Shown one piece after another: positions 26,297 through 37,536 of a stretch of 64,000 nt of DNA. Position 1 is the first letter of the stretch. Each line of letters opens with the position of its first letter. The DNA is taken from NCBI GenBank assembly GCA_964187785.1, contig OZ076409.1:81656001-81720000 (forward strand), in the 5' to 3' direction. The notes under the pieces were generated by a model. That model saw only the letters and a program-made list of their open reading frames with translations. It did not search any database and was not told the DNA's origin. The DNA is from Amphiscolops sp. MND2022. Lineage: Eukaryota. The translations under genes were made by a program, and so were the position numbers.

Positions 26297-27284
26297 TTTT
26301 CATGCTTTCAAAGAATCTCTTGAGCTGGGAAGACAACATGAATTCAAAACTCAAAAGTAGCGTTTTACCCAATATTTAGCGTTACACATAAAGAATAGGA
26401 ATTCTATACAGAAAACTATAGAACAATAATGTCATCTTTGAAGCAGCACGTTTATGAATATTCCGATAAATTTTTTCAACTCATGTTGCTTAGTTTTTAA
26501 AATATACTTTTAGCTGGAAACATTAACTTTGGACAAGCAGGACGAAATGTTGTTTTTAGTCTGCGTTTTCCGGTGGAAAGTAACCCTGTTGTAATGTATC
26601 GTAATGTTGCAAAACGGCAACGCCTTGACATTATTAGTTACATTCAGGCAATTTACGGCACCCAAGCGTCTCCATTTGAGTTTTTAGACACTTCTTGAAT
26701 TTTTTTCACCAAAAATCCTCTTCCGTTCCGATAATTTGGATGTTTCAATAAGATAAAACTTTCTTGCGAGCCTCAAGTTTCTGTTTTGGGGTTTTTTAGG
26801 GACTGTGCGTCTTCTTGAAAAACGTCTTCTTAAAAAAGAATTTCTTCGGTCTGTTGGTTGCTATTTTTGACTTTTCCAAGTAAGAAGAGCGGTTCCCAAG
26901 CCTAAAGGATACCTACTTTGTTTTTTGGCAGTTTCAGATTCATTTTAGAGCATTCTCTCAATGACTGTCCTTGCCCATTTTGATACTCCAGTGGACTTGA
27001 GTCCTCAGAAGGATACCTCGAGGACTCCAAGGACTGCCAAATGTAACTCCAATTTTCAAGTCCTTACCGGCAGCCCTGGGAAAGTTTAGTTAAAAAGACC
27101 CAAACACCCAGTCCTGGTCTATTCTTTAGCAGTTCTTGAAAAAAACGGCTGCTAACACGAAGTACTCAGCGGCCATATTGGAAACTAACCAGTTATCAAG
27201 AACCATGAGCAAGCAATACATTTTCTTCGCCGTTTACAAAACTTTTATTGCTTCTTCGGGCCTCGGTATACTGTGGATTAGGTC

Positions 27285-27835
27285 TTGAAATCACTGTATT
27301 CAGGTTCAAAAATTCCAAAAATGTCTTTCCTGTGGAATAAGAACTAGCGTCACTGTATTCTGGTAGAATAGGATCTCAAATCACTATCCTGATGGAACTT
27401 TCTTTAAATCACAAAAAAACATAAAATTACTATCTTGTGGACGAAGTTCTAAAACCATTTTATTCAGATGAGACCACTGAATTCAGAATCTGATTCAACC
27501 CTCTAAAATCACTTTATTCTGTTAGAATAAGGTCTAAAGTCACTATAAGCTAAAGTCACTAAAGTCACTCTATCATATTGAAATAAGGTATAAAAACTTC
27601 ATTTTGATGGAATAACGTTTAAAATCACTATTTTGTTCATCACGATTTAAAAATTGCCGTATTTTGGTTGAAAACCAGAATTCTTTGTATTCTTTTGGAA
27701 AAAAAATTAAAATCCATAATAACTGGTAGCAAGAAAGCCTAAAATCATTTTTTTTCTCTAAAATAAGGCAAAATTTTAATATCATTAACCTGTGGAATGA
27801 GACCTAAAATTGCTGTGTTCTCAGGGAATAAGGCT
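27285..27835. repeat. Degenerate ~32-35-bp tandem repeat (AAATCACT...GAATAAG)
   Basis: Recurrent AAATCACT and GAATAAG motifs at regular spacing. Confidence 0.5.
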
Positions 27836-28967
27836 CAAAGCCTCAAACAATTATGTGCATTTATTTCAAGAACTACTGCTTCATTCGGTTCTTGACTTGC
27901 TTCCATAGGTCTGAATTTTAGAGGGCATCGTAATCATGTTTGCATAATTGTCTTCTTTATTCGTTGTTTCGTTCAACATGGGGCTATTTGATCCACCTGC
28001 TCAGTGGTAGCCCTGCCAGCGTTGACTGTACTTCTGTTGTCCCTGCAAGACTAGAAAAACTTGATTTTTCTAATGTCCTGATCTCGATTTTACAGGTTCT
28101 CAGGAACAATCCTACTTTAACGTACAAACTGAATGTCTCAAACCAGGTTCTCAAGAATACTTCCAAAACGCAAGAGGTTATCTGTTGAATTTTGCCAATT
28201 TTTGCCAGACTTGCCCCAGGATTCCCCAGAACTGGAAGGTTTCTCCAGGATTCTCAAGGACTTGTTCCAGGACCTGTAAGGCTACAAATGGCTGTTGTAA
28301 TGACTGGTTCAGGACTTGAGCAGTCCTGACTTGTCCTTGTGAACTCTTGGCAGTCGTTGATGTCAAATTGTTGTCAGTACGGATGAGAATGTTTATGAGA
28401 TCTTGCTCTTTCTGTGGAGCGCCGTTGCTTCTTACTCCCATCTTGTGAATCTTCTATTTTGCACTAGGTGAAACCGGCACAAGCGGGACTACTAATCAAA
28501 GGCCAACCTAGTAGGCATCAGCTAAAAACAAGCCGGCATAATTCGGCCCCGCCTAAATCTCATAAAACGCAAAAAACCTAAACTGATCGGGAAACTGTTT
28601 TTAGGAAATTTCTCAAACTCTCAGTGTCAACGAACACTTTTTCAATAGAAAAACATTAGCAAAACCGAAACTAAAACAAGAACACGTCCAAACGAAACAA
28701 CGATTTTCGACAAACATCTCTCAAAACAACGACAAAAATCTCTATCTGTTGGAAAAGCCTTATCACAGTTAAATATAACCAGCTGAATATTAGTTGCTGA
28801 ACACTTTCGATATTCTTACTCACAAAAACTAGAACAAAATTGTTATTGAATAGTGAAATGTGTAATTTTGGTGTCATTTTGAGGTACTGTTTCAACAGTT
28901 TATCCAGATTTTTCTTGTAAAAAACCACCTCTTGAATAGCTGGATCGTTAGTCTTGGAGTTTTCATG

Positions 28968-29328
28968 AGTAGTTAAGATTTCCGCCGGCCTTTCAACGGG
29001 GGGGGGGGGGGGGTCCTCGGTTTTCACGGGGTGGGTCCTTGCTCTGAAATTTTAGGACCTATCCCTAAAAGGAAGGGGTCCTTCCAAATTGGTGTTCGGA
29101 AATACTTCGGCTTTTGACTACGAAAGTAAATTATTGGTCGGATTCTTTTTGTATTCGTTTTTTGGATTCTTTTTGTATTCGTTTTTGGAATCGGATTTTT
29201 GCGAAAGTACATGTAAAAGCGTAGACACTCTTGTTTATTCTTTGAATGCCTGAAAGTTTGGAAAGTACTAACCTTGAAATTTTGTTGTAATTGAATTGTA
29301 AAGCTGGATTGACTAATACTGGTACAAC
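28968..29328 (+). repeat. Polinton left terminal inverted repeat (361 bp)
   Basis: Reverse complement of 50076-50428. I counted about 4 substitutions plus a G16 vs G8 run. Confidence 0.95.
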
Positions 29329-29568
29329 AACTAAGTCGGGTTGTAGTATTGTTGTGCCAAGCGATCGATCGGCCAATAAAAAGTAATCTAGTTTGTCGTA
29401 TAATTCACACCAAAGTTTAATAGGGTACGAGAGGGTGTGAAATTTATGTACAGTTTTGTTCGAATGCATTATTCGTCTGATGTTACGAACGTGTTTTGAT
29501 AAAAATTCATTATAAAGCAAATATCAGCAGCAGGAAGGAATGCTGAGAATCGAGAATCAAAATTGGAA

Positions 29569-29979
29569 ATGGACCCCCAAAAAATAGACGTTGTAAAAGT
29601 GCAGCAAACTTTTCATAGACTTTCATTAGACAATTCGGACAAATTCGAAACTTATCAAAAGTATGTGCTAAGTTTTTGTTTGGTATATCTAAAAAATTGC
29701 AACTTCAACAACATTACTTTGGGCCATTTGAAATATTTGCTGAAAGAAGAACCAGAAATCAAATGTGAAATTTTCTACAAGTATTGCAAAGTGTACAGAT
29801 TATTTGTGATTGTTCGCGACTCGCAAGAGCTTATGGGGACGTTTAGTGACGTGTGTGACTGCTTGGATAGAAGAACCAGATTGCAAAAGTTTTGGTCATG
29901 CTCAGTTCGCCCTCTCTGGAGCATTTTGAAACTCAAATATTCAGCACAAGCCCACTGGTTCCGTGAATTGGAATGTTGA
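29569..29979 (+). CDS. Polinton hypothetical protein
   Basis: Open frame starting MDPQK; its end overlaps the next ATG. Confidence 0.5.
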   Translation: MDPQKIDVVKVQQTFHRLSLDNSDKFETYQKYVLSFCLVYLKNCNFNNITLGHLKYLLKEEPEIKCEIFYKYCKVYRLFVIVRDSQELMGTFSDVCDCLDRRTRLQKFWSCSVRPLWSILKLKYSAQAHWFRELEC

Positions 29980-30542
29980 ATGAGAACGAAATTCTTGTTA
30001 TTGACTTTTAAGGGTTTGACTACAACGGTCTTATCGTTAAAGAGCTGAGCGTTCACAGTAAAAATTATCAAGAAACCCTACTTTTTAAACCTCCTCAAGC
30101 CTTTTCCACAGTTTCAACTATTAACCGCGACTCGATAATATTCTTAACAAAAAGAATACACGGTATTGACTGGGACAATGGCGTTTACCCTTACACTTCT
30201 ATCCATAATTATTTGGCCAGTTTACGACTTCGTTTTCCCAACGCAATTGTTTTTGTCGACGGACATGTGAAGAGAGCATTTATCTCCAACTATTTTAAAA
30301 AAGTTTACATTTTGCAAAGGCTTGGTTGTCCCCCAATTAAACATTTATGTGTTAATGCTGTGGTTTCTTGTGGGAACCACGCAAACTTTCTCCCATGGAA
30401 TAGTCAACAACAACATTTCTGGCATTGCAGCAAATTGAAAACTGCTGTTGCTTATCAGTGGTTAGAGAGTAGGCGCAATGCAAACCAATCAAAAGTTGAC
30501 TCCAAACTTGAGCGTTTGTGTGTAGGCTGTTCCAAACAATAG
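29973..30542 (+). pseudogene. DEDD-like 3'-5' exonuclease-fold Polinton protein with premature stop
   Basis: MLNENEILVIDF*GF..IVKEL...HGIDWDNG..LGCP..C..H..HC. The TAA at 30009-30011 sits where the Glu of a DxE motif is expected and is in frame with ORF 30213-30542. Confidence 0.7.
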
Positions 30543-30546
30543 TGGT

Positions 30547-30891
30547 GTGGTGGAAGCAAGCAGGACTTTTGGAAAGAATATGTCAGTAGCTTCTAGTGCA
30601 CGAGACTCAAAACTGTCCAGGATGAAAAAGAAACTACCTCCTTTAAACATGCACATTTCCAGGCCACCTCCTCCTGTCGAAATTGACAAAAAGTGCCCGA
30701 ATCTACCACAAGAAGTGAGGGACGTATTCAAATCCAAAAGTGTCCTCAGAATTTGGTTCTATTACGGATCTGGGAAAACTGGCTCAAAATTCAAAATCGA
30801 TTTGGAAACAAAAGATAAAGAATGGAATTCATTTATAATGCTGGAAACCCAAAGAATATTCGTCTTACCAAGGAGCAAAAGTTTGAACTGA
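30547..30891 (+). CDS. Polinton hypothetical protein
   Basis: ORF in the co-oriented gene run; no recognised motif. Confidence 0.35.
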   Translation: MVEASRTFGKNMSVASSARDSKLSRMKKKLPPLNMHISRPPPPVEIDKKCPNLPQEVRDVFKSKSVLRIWFYYGSGKTGSKFKIDLETKDKEWNSFIMLETQRIFVLPRSKSLN

Positions 30892-31226
30892 CTTTTTGTG
30901 TGATTTGATATAATGCTTTTTTTGTTTTGAAACTAACTCTCTCTGTAGTGTAGTCCTTCGGTGCCTCAATGGCAAGAAAAATCTTGTCTCTGCACCTTAA
31001 CCTACCTCAACATTGACAGCCAACAAAAAACTTGTGTAAACGACACACAAGGTCCGGCACGTACTAAGGAAACAATGCATGATGTTCCGCAGTACAATTT
31101 TTTTGTATCTTTTGTACTAACATTTTATTTAACAATTTTGAACCATTTCTGATATACAACGTGTGTGTAATAATGTACAATTAACTGGAATTGAATTTAA
31201 TAATTTCGTAGTACACTTTTTGAAAA

Positions 31227-31505
31227 ATGGGTTCAGAAACAGTTGATTTACCAGATGTATTATCATGTCAAGAAATTGTGTTCGATAAAGATAATAATGA
31301 GAGACCAGCCTGGAAATTTTGTTTTGCTACAAACATACCACGATCGCAAGTTATATTTTTTGTTCATGTATTCTCAGCTTTCTTAGTGATAACAATTTGT
31401 CTGGTGAAACTAATCTTTTTTGAAGTATCATGTGAAGACATGCCATTTTGGACATCACTTTTGGCTGGATCAGTTGGATATCTTTTACCTAGCCCAAAAT
31501 TATGA
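31227..31505 (+). CDS. Small two-transmembrane Polinton protein
   Basis: Two hydrophobic segments, ending WTSLLAGSVGYLLPSPKL; ATGA overlap with the ATPase start. Confidence 0.65.
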   Translation: MGSETVDLPDVLSCQEIVFDKDNNERPAWKFCFATNIPRSQVIFFVHVFSAFLVITICLVKLIFFEVSCEDMPFWTSLLAGSVGYLLPSPKL

Positions 31506-32228
31506 ACAAAATCATTTTTACTACAGAAAGAGTTTTCATGTCAGTTGTTGGACCATCTGGATCTGGAAAAACCCGACTGATTTTTTCTATGCTCACATCC
31601 AAGACCTTTTATCCACGCTTTCAAAAAATTTACTACTTTTATCGCGAGTTCCAACAAATTTTCAAAAAAGTGGAAAAAACGGATGAACATCGAGTTTATC
31701 AGTTGTCTAGATTTTGATTTGATAAAGACGCTTCAGGAGTGTTTGCTGATATTTGACGACTCTTGCGAAGAAATTTACCAAGATAAAAACTTTGCAAAAA
31801 TTGCAGTCTCTGGCCGACACAGAGGAATTAACTGTATTTTTGTCAAACATAATTTGTATCATCAAAGTAAGTGGTCACGTACAATTGACCTCAACACAAC
31901 CCACATTATTCTTTTTAATTCTCCTCGTGACACACAGCAAATTGAATATCTTGGAAGACAATTAAACAAAGCTGTATTTCTAAAAGAGTGCTACACAGAC
32001 GCTGTTGCAGAACCACATGGTCATTTACTCATTGATTTGGATCCAAAGACAAGTGAATGTCTACGCTTTTGTTCAAACATTGTAGGACCAGGACCAACAA
32101 TATTTTATTTGCCTTCGTCACAAGCAAAAATTACAGAAATTAACAATGAGCGAGAAAAATTTGCATACACTCAGTCTCTTGGAAAAACTCACTTCAGTAC
32201 AGCAACAAAAACTTCTACGACATTGTGA
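31502..32228 (+). CDS. A32/FtsK-like genome packaging ATPase, split by a +1 frameshift near 31665-31682
   Basis: Walker A GPSGSGKT in ORF 31502-31717. Walker B LLIFDD, GRH and the motif PHGHLLIDL are in ORF 31683-32228. Confidence 0.9.
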
Positions 32229-32448
32229 CAAGGAATTTTTGAAATTTTGTTGCGAGTGTGAAATCAATGTTGTGAATGGAACGGTTGGTATCAACGTGGA
32301 CGAATTAAAACAGTACGAACTCCAACTCAGATTACTTTGTAAAAGGTCTACCTCCAATAAGGAACGCAGAAAAATTTTAATGTCACCAAAAGGTCTCAAA
32401 TTGTTAAACTTTATTATTCGGCCTTGTTTCTGTTACCTGACAGATTGA
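32146..32448 (+). CDS. Small conserved Polinton protein (PW-like, tentative)
   Basis: Position directly after the ATPase and the pattern LLRHCDKEF..CEC..N...G...KERRKIL resemble the small basic Maverick protein usually found here. Confidence 0.55.
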   Translation: MSEKNLHTLSLLEKLTSVQQQKLLRHCDKEFLKFCCECEINVVNGTVGINVDELKQYELQLRLLCKRSTSNKERRKILMSPKGLKLLNFIIRPCFCYLTD

Positions 32449-32456
32449 ATTCCGTT

Positions 32457-33041
32457 ATGAACACCCAAGAATTTGTACTTATCCCAAAAAGTTTTTATAC
32501 TCAACAGAAACACTCCACACTGCAAGTTTTGAGAGACCCAGAAGTTGAACAAAAGGCAAAGTCTCTCACTCTACTGCAAAGAAACAATACTTTTCCGGAC
32601 CCCTCAACAGTAGAAAAGAAAGAAAAAACCAGTAAAGAAAATATTTTAAAGCCTTTGGATATGCTCACAGCGGCACAAAAACAAAGAACGAGAGAAATTT
32701 TGAACAAAATTGAATCTTCCGAAACAATTGATTTTGATGAAACAGGCGATATTACAGAAAACAAAATTTCCACAAAAATTTCGCTCTCAACATTTCTTTA
32801 TAATCTGCAGCAACCCAACAAAAACCTAACTGATCCTTCATACTCTATCATTCTTAAAGAATTGATGGTAAATCCTAATTTAGTGCCTAACCGGAACGCC
32901 AAAAACATTTTGAACCCTAGTACAACAAGAAAGAGAGCAGAACCCACTCGAGACGAATCAGATGCCAGCAACGAAGAATCTGAAGAAATTGCTAAAAGCA
33001 AAGCGTCTGGATCGAAAATATGGACATCTCTCGGAATCTGA
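32457..33041 (+). CDS. Polinton hypothetical protein
   Basis: ORF from MNTQEFVLIPK overlapping the integrase start. Confidence 0.6.
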   Translation: MNTQEFVLIPKSFYTQQKHSTLQVLRDPEVEQKAKSLTLLQRNNTFPDPSTVEKKEKTSKENILKPLDMLTAAQKQRTREILNKIESSETIDFDETGDITENKISTKISLSTFLYNLQQPNKNLTDPSYSIILKELMVNPNLVPNRNAKNILNPSTTRKRAEPTRDESDASNEESEEIAKSKASGSKIWTSLGI

Positions 33042-33960
33042 AAGAAAAACCCTCGAGAAACTTTACACACAAGGTCCAGCTGCTTATGGTAGCGTTGAAA
33101 ACTTGAAAAAAGCTAGTAAGCTTCCAAAAAGGAAAGTGGAAACATTTTTGGCTCAAACAGACGCTCATACAAAATATCACGCTCCCAGAAAAAAATTTCC
33201 ACGATTGAAGGTTCAAGCTTACAGAATCAATGAGATTTGGTCGATAGATGTTGCTTATATGGACAAATTAGCAAAATACAACAACGGTGTGAAATACTTG
33301 CTAGTTGCAGTTGATGTACTATCGAGATTCCTACGGGTTGAACCAATGAAAACAAAAAGTGCAGCAGATTCAACAAGAGCATTCAAAAGAATGATAACAA
33401 AGTCCATTCCCGAAAAAATCTGGTCAGACAAGGGATCAGAGTTTAAAGGGGAATTTAAGCAGTTCTGCGATTCCAAAAACATTGACATTTACAGCACTCA
33501 TAGTGAGACAAAATCTGCTTTTGCAGAACGTAATATTCGTTCTCTAAAAAACATTATATATAAACATTTGGAAAAGAGATGGTCTTATCAATACATCAAA
33601 AAACTCCATGACTTTGTTGACATCATAAATTCACGAGTAAACCGAGTGACAGGATTGGCTCCAAAGAAGGTTTCAGATAAAGATGTACCTCATTTGATTT
33701 CTCTGGTTTCTTACAAGTCCACTAAACAGCTACGAGTGCCGAAATTCAGAGTCGGTGACTTTGTGAGAGTGTCAAAAGAAAACTTACCCTTCAAAAAAGG
33801 TTACAAACAGAATTTTACCGACGAAATTTTTCAAATTGAAAAAATCGCAACTCTCAATCCCCCAACTTACAACTTACTGGACTCTGAGAAGGAAAAACTC
33901 TTGGGCAAGTTTTATCAGCCTGAATTGATTTTGGTGAAAAAGAAAAATGGACGAATTTGA
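32962..33960 (+). CDS. int: Retroviral-like (rve) DDE integrase
   Basis: WSID, VDVLSRF, SDKGSEF and AERNIRSLK motifs; Polinton-type C-terminus FRVGDFVRV..FKKGYKQNFT.EIF. Confidence 0.95.
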   Translation: MPATKNLKKLLKAKRLDRKYGHLSESERKTLEKLYTQGPAAYGSVENLKKASKLPKRKVETFLAQTDAHTKYHAPRKKFPRLKVQAYRINEIWSIDVAYMDKLAKYNNGVKYLLVAVDVLSRFLRVEPMKTKSAADSTRAFKRMITKSIPEKIWSDKGSEFKGEFKQFCDSKNIDIYSTHSETKSAFAERNIRSLKNIIYKHLEKRWSYQYIKKLHDFVDIINSRVNRVTGLAPKKVSDKDVPHLISLVSYKSTKQLRVPKFRVGDFVRVSKENLPFKKGYKQNFTDEIFQIEKIATLNPPTYNLLDSEKEKLLGKFYQPELILVKKKNGRI

Positions 33961-34813
33961 AGTTCATTTATTATCCACAGCGTCATTAGAAATTTTTGGT
34001 GACAATACATTGGCAGCATTCAAAAATCAACTCCCACAAAATATTTCCCTGGAAGGCGACTGGCGTGTGGCTCTATCAGAAATTATTTTTCCCTCGGAAA
34101 TTAATAACGTTTACAGAGACTTTTTTTATTACGTTCACACTACCAAAAAGAAGGAAGATGAAGAAAACCTTGACGAAATTGATGAAGAAAAAGCAGAGGA
34201 AATTGAAATTGACTCTGAACCAGTTGTTCCATATTATCAAAAACTAAAGATAAGACCTTCGATGTACAGTCATATCAACAACCTACTTTTTGAAATGCGT
34301 TCAAAAGTAAATTTACTCACGGAAGACGGTAAACATAGATCCACCGAAAATGGCCTAGAAATTAAATTTGATGCATATGCTGGCTACACTTTTCCTAACA
34401 GAAACATTCCCAACCTACTTGGATTCAAGGGAAAAGAGACTGCTTTTGGTATTCATATAGGAAACGAAGACATCCTGAACAGTAGATGGGTTGTGAATGA
34501 CTTTCCGGTGGATTTGATTTCTGGCATTAGTCTAATTTTTGTTTACACTGATTTGATTGAATATCAAAACACGGGCGACGTAAAAGCACCCGTTTTGAGA
34601 ATCATTGATAGTGGGAAACGTGTTGAAAGTGGCAAGGTCGTGACAACACAGAATTTGGAAACAAGATCATTTTTTGATTTACAATACAAGAAACTGTTGG
34701 TTCAAAATATTCAAACAATAAGCATTCAACTCAGAACAGAGACTGGGATCTTGGTACCCTTTTGTGGTAAAGGTCAAGTTGTTTTGACCCTAAAATTTAA
34801 AAAATTCGCCTAA
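33947..34813 (+). CDS. Minor capsid protein (penton, PX-like single jelly roll)
   Basis: N-terminus LLSTAS..F.DNTLAAFKNQLP..I.LEGDWRVALSEI; C-terminus IFVYTDLIE...GDVKAPVLR...I.IQLR..G..VPF..G.V.LTL.F. Confidence 0.8.
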   Translation: MDEFEVHLLSTASLEIFGDNTLAAFKNQLPQNISLEGDWRVALSEIIFPSEINNVYRDFFYYVHTTKKKEDEENLDEIDEEKAEEIEIDSEPVVPYYQKLKIRPSMYSHINNLLFEMRSKVNLLTEDGKHRSTENGLEIKFDAYAGYTFPNRNIPNLLGFKGKETAFGIHIGNEDILNSRWVVNDFPVDLISGISLIFVYTDLIEYQNTGDVKAPVLRIIDSGKRVESGKVVTTQNLETRSFFDLQYKKLLVQNIQTISIQLRTETGILVPFCGKGQVVLTLKFKKFA

Positions 34814-35186
34814 TGGAAGACTATTACTCAAAGCAAGTGTATTTACCCCATTTCGCCAGTTACAACAGACAACGAGGTAGTGGAATTGGTGCACTGGCAG
34901 CCGGTATTGGCCGAGTGGCTTTACCCTTTGCAAAAAATTTTATTTTACCTGCTGCAAAACAATTGGCAAAGAATTGCTCGTTCAAAGTGTCCCTGAGGTC
35001 TTTGATGTTATTGCAAAGCGAAAATCGCCACGTGAGGCTGCTAAAACAGCTATGAAAAAGACGATAAAGGAGCAGATTGGTGGAAAAAGCAAACGTTCTT
35101 CAAAGAAACGAAAAACCATTACGAAATCAAAACGCAAACAGAGAAGTCGGTCCGATTTCTTTTCAAAAGTCAAAAATGTTGCCTAA
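34813..35186 (+). CDS. Basic core/pVII-like virion protein, split by a 1-nt deletion near 34956-34960
   Basis: MEDYYSKQ...QRGSGIG and EQIGG adenain-type sites, followed by a K/R/S-rich tail. Adding one A to GCAAAAC joins ORFs 34813-35055 and 34974-35186. Confidence 0.65.
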
Positions 35187-36483
35187 TATTTTACCACTCG
35201 AAGCTTCACATAGTTCCCTCGACATTTTTGAGCGATCACCAGTTTTGATTACATTTGACTCTTCCTTTGAACAAAAGATTGGCCCGATTTACTCCCCCAA
35301 TGGACCAACATTGGAATTTGAAGTTGTAGGAGACCGAAATAATTTTTTGAACCTACAAAAAATTTTTCTCGAGATAAAATGCAAAATTAAACAAAGCGAT
35401 GGAAATGACTTACGATATGATGCAACGGATCCAACACAAACAGACACTCCTATTTTTGTAAATAATACATTACACTCTCTATTCTCCGAATGCACTGTTA
35501 CTGCTAATGGAATAAAAATTTCCAATGCAAACGGTGTTTACGCACACAAGGCCTTTATTGAAACCGAATATTCGAATGGCAAGGAAGCCAAAGATACATG
35601 GTTACGTTGCCAAGGATATACATATGAGCAGCATCCTGGGAACAGTACAACAACTCCATTTACAAACAGAGAATTGGAGTCGAGACAGTCTGGAGAATTA
35701 ACATTTTTTGGAAAAGTTGCAGCTGATGTATTTTCTTGTGATAAACATTTACTGAGTGGAGTGACTTTGCGAATTTCTTTTGTCCGTTCGAAACCAGAGT
35801 TTGTTTTGATTCATGATGACGTTGCAAAAAACTACAAAATTACCATTACCCAAGCCAATCTTTACGTCCGGAAAATGACAGTTTCTGAGCAGGTTTTCAT
35901 AGCCATAGAGAAAACTCTGACAAAAACTCCAGCTCTGTATCGGTACACAGAGGTTCTACCCAAAACTTTTCTCATTCCGACAGGTAGTCGCAGTTGGAGT
36001 AAGGAAGACGTTTTCAGTCGAGAACCAATTCGACGATTCGCTTTGTCGCTCGTCAGTAATGCGTCTTATCTTGGTTCAAAAGACACAAATCCATTTCATT
36101 ACCAAAAACATAACCTAAACGAAGTTACTGTTTACCGGAATGGATACCCTGTTGCAGGAACTCCTTTGGCAACAGATGATCTAAAACGAGTTTACATGTC
36201 AACAATGGATGCTCTCGCCTTTGGTCATCATGGACATGGAATTCCTTTCGCCGACTATGCTAATCATTTTGTAATGGTGTTTGACCTGACTAGCACCCAA
36301 TATGCATCTCATGATTTTCTTTATCCTGAGCTCACTAACGCTGCCATTTCGCTCGAGTTGAAGTTTTCAGCAGCGCTGGCAGTGAACACTGAGGTGTTTC
36401 TGTTGGGCGAAAAAGCATCAACAATTTACATTGACTCTCATAGAAAAGTCTCCAAAAACGTCATGTTAAACCCTACCACTTGA
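35176..36483 (+). CDS. Major capsid protein (double jelly roll), copy 1, 435 aa
   Basis: SSLDIF, LEFEV.G, VNNTLHSLFS, YAHKAFIE, NPFHYQ and FDLT motifs typical of the Polinton MCP; lies directly upstream of the protease. Confidence 0.85.
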   Translation: MLPNILPLEASHSSLDIFERSPVLITFDSSFEQKIGPIYSPNGPTLEFEVVGDRNNFLNLQKIFLEIKCKIKQSDGNDLRYDATDPTQTDTPIFVNNTLHSLFSECTVTANGIKISNANGVYAHKAFIETEYSNGKEAKDTWLRCQGYTYEQHPGNSTTTPFTNRELESRQSGELTFFGKVAADVFSCDKHLLSGVTLRISFVRSKPEFVLIHDDVAKNYKITITQANLYVRKMTVSEQVFIAIEKTLTKTPALYRYTEVLPKTFLIPTGSRSWSKEDVFSREPIRRFALSLVSNASYLGSKDTNPFHYQKHNLNEVTVYRNGYPVAGTPLATDDLKRVYMSTMDALAFGHHGHGIPFADYANHFVMVFDLTSTQYASHDFLYPELTNAAISLELKFSAALAVNTEVFLLGEKASTIYIDSHRKVSKNVMLNPTT

Positions 36484-36486
36484 AAA

Positions 36487-36927
36487 ATGGATGAAGATTA
36501 CATTGCCCACCTAATAAAAAACAGCCCAAGATTGAAATACAAGTTTGGAGGAATTTATCCCGCAGACAAGTTTCCTATCCTATTACCCAACAACACTTTT
36601 GTAATTGTCAATTCAGAAAACTCAAACAGCGCTGGGAAACATTGGATTGTTTGGAGCAACGTGAAAGGTACTTTCAACTTTGCAGATCCCCTTGGACTAG
36701 ACCTATTTTTACATTATCCTAATATTGCTAAAAGAATCTCCGCGATACCAATCCAAGTTCAGCAGACATTAAAAGATGCCACAAAGACGCCGTTACAAAA
36801 TCAAAATTCAAACTTGTGTGGTTTGTATTGTATTTATATTGCTCATTTTTTGTTAAGTTCGTATTATCCATTGATTTCTTACATTTCTGAAACTGATTTG
36901 CTTCGCTTTGTAAAAACTCTCATGTAA
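36487..36927 (+). CDS. Adenain-like cysteine (maturation) protease, copy 1
   Basis: GKHW (His), FADPLG (Asp), LQ..NSNLCGLYC (Gln/Cys). Confidence 0.92.
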   Translation: MDEDYIAHLIKNSPRLKYKFGGIYPADKFPILLPNNTFVIVNSENSNSAGKHWIVWSNVKGTFNFADPLGLDLFLHYPNIAKRISAIPIQVQQTLKDATKTPLQNQNSNLCGLYCIYIAHFLLSSYYPLISYISETDLLRFVKTLM

Positions 36928-36957
36928 TTTAATGTTTAATTTCGAACATTTTTATTC

Positions 36958-37536
36958 TCAAACAATTTCATTCAGAGAAAAGGTTAGTACAGGCACAAAA
37001 TTAAGCGATCCGTGACCAGTTTGAAAAATATCAGCAATGAGTAGGAAATGACCACCATACGGTCCAAGCATAACATTTTCCAAGCGTTGTATTGTTCCTT
37101 GACTCAACCCAGAGCTGACTTGCACAGCCTTGTCACATTTTTGAACAGAAAAACAGATTGATGGCAAGAGTTTCTTTGGGTTTCGATTAGGAGGGTCACA
37201 ATTGTATTGAACGGCTTGATCCAATTTTTCAAAAATTTCACCACATATTTCCTTTTCATCACTGTTTGCAATTAGTAAGGCGTAGGTTGAATATAAACAT
37301 GGTAATAAATAACTTTTGGGTTGCCCTTTATAATTTTCACCAAAACACTGGGCCAAAACATGATAGTGATTGTCTGGCAAAGCGTTACAAAGCCCATCAT
37401 GCACAGGTGAGTGTAAGCCAATGGAAATAACAACATCTAATGGGAAGTCCACGCCAGCTTTGGGTTTTTCCTTGAATAAAAAGAAGCGAAAGTTTTTTCT
37501 AAATTGCTTAAAGTAATCGGGAGAACGCTCAAACAT
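36958..37536 (-). CDS. Polinton hypothetical protein Y, copy 1
   Basis: ORF from MFERSPDY; convergent with the protease; contains HYH. Confidence 0.55.
   Translation of the reverse strand: MFERSPDYFKQFRKNFRFFLFKEKPKAGVDFPLDVVISIGLHSPVHDGLCNALPDNHYHVLAQCFGENYKGQPKSYLLPCLYSTYALLIANSDEKEICGEIFEKLDQAVQYNCDPPNRNPKKLLPSICFSVQKCDKAVQVSSGLSQGTIQRLENVMLGPYGGHFLLIADIFQTGHGSLNFVPVLTFSLNEIV

Noticed and set aside
29131..29520. 129-aa ORF and its mirror at 49986-50273
   Set aside because: They share sequence only because both run through the TIRs; no protein motif.
31660..31690. Programmed ribosomal frameshift in the ATPase
   Set aside because: The shift needed is +1, no clear stimulatory structure is visible, and other homopolymer indels occur in the element. 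Mutation or sequencing error is simpler.
35077..35175. Extended MCP N-terminus given in the ORF track
   Set aside because: It starts at a non-ATG codon and overlaps the core-protein gene; ATG 35176 is the more plausible start.
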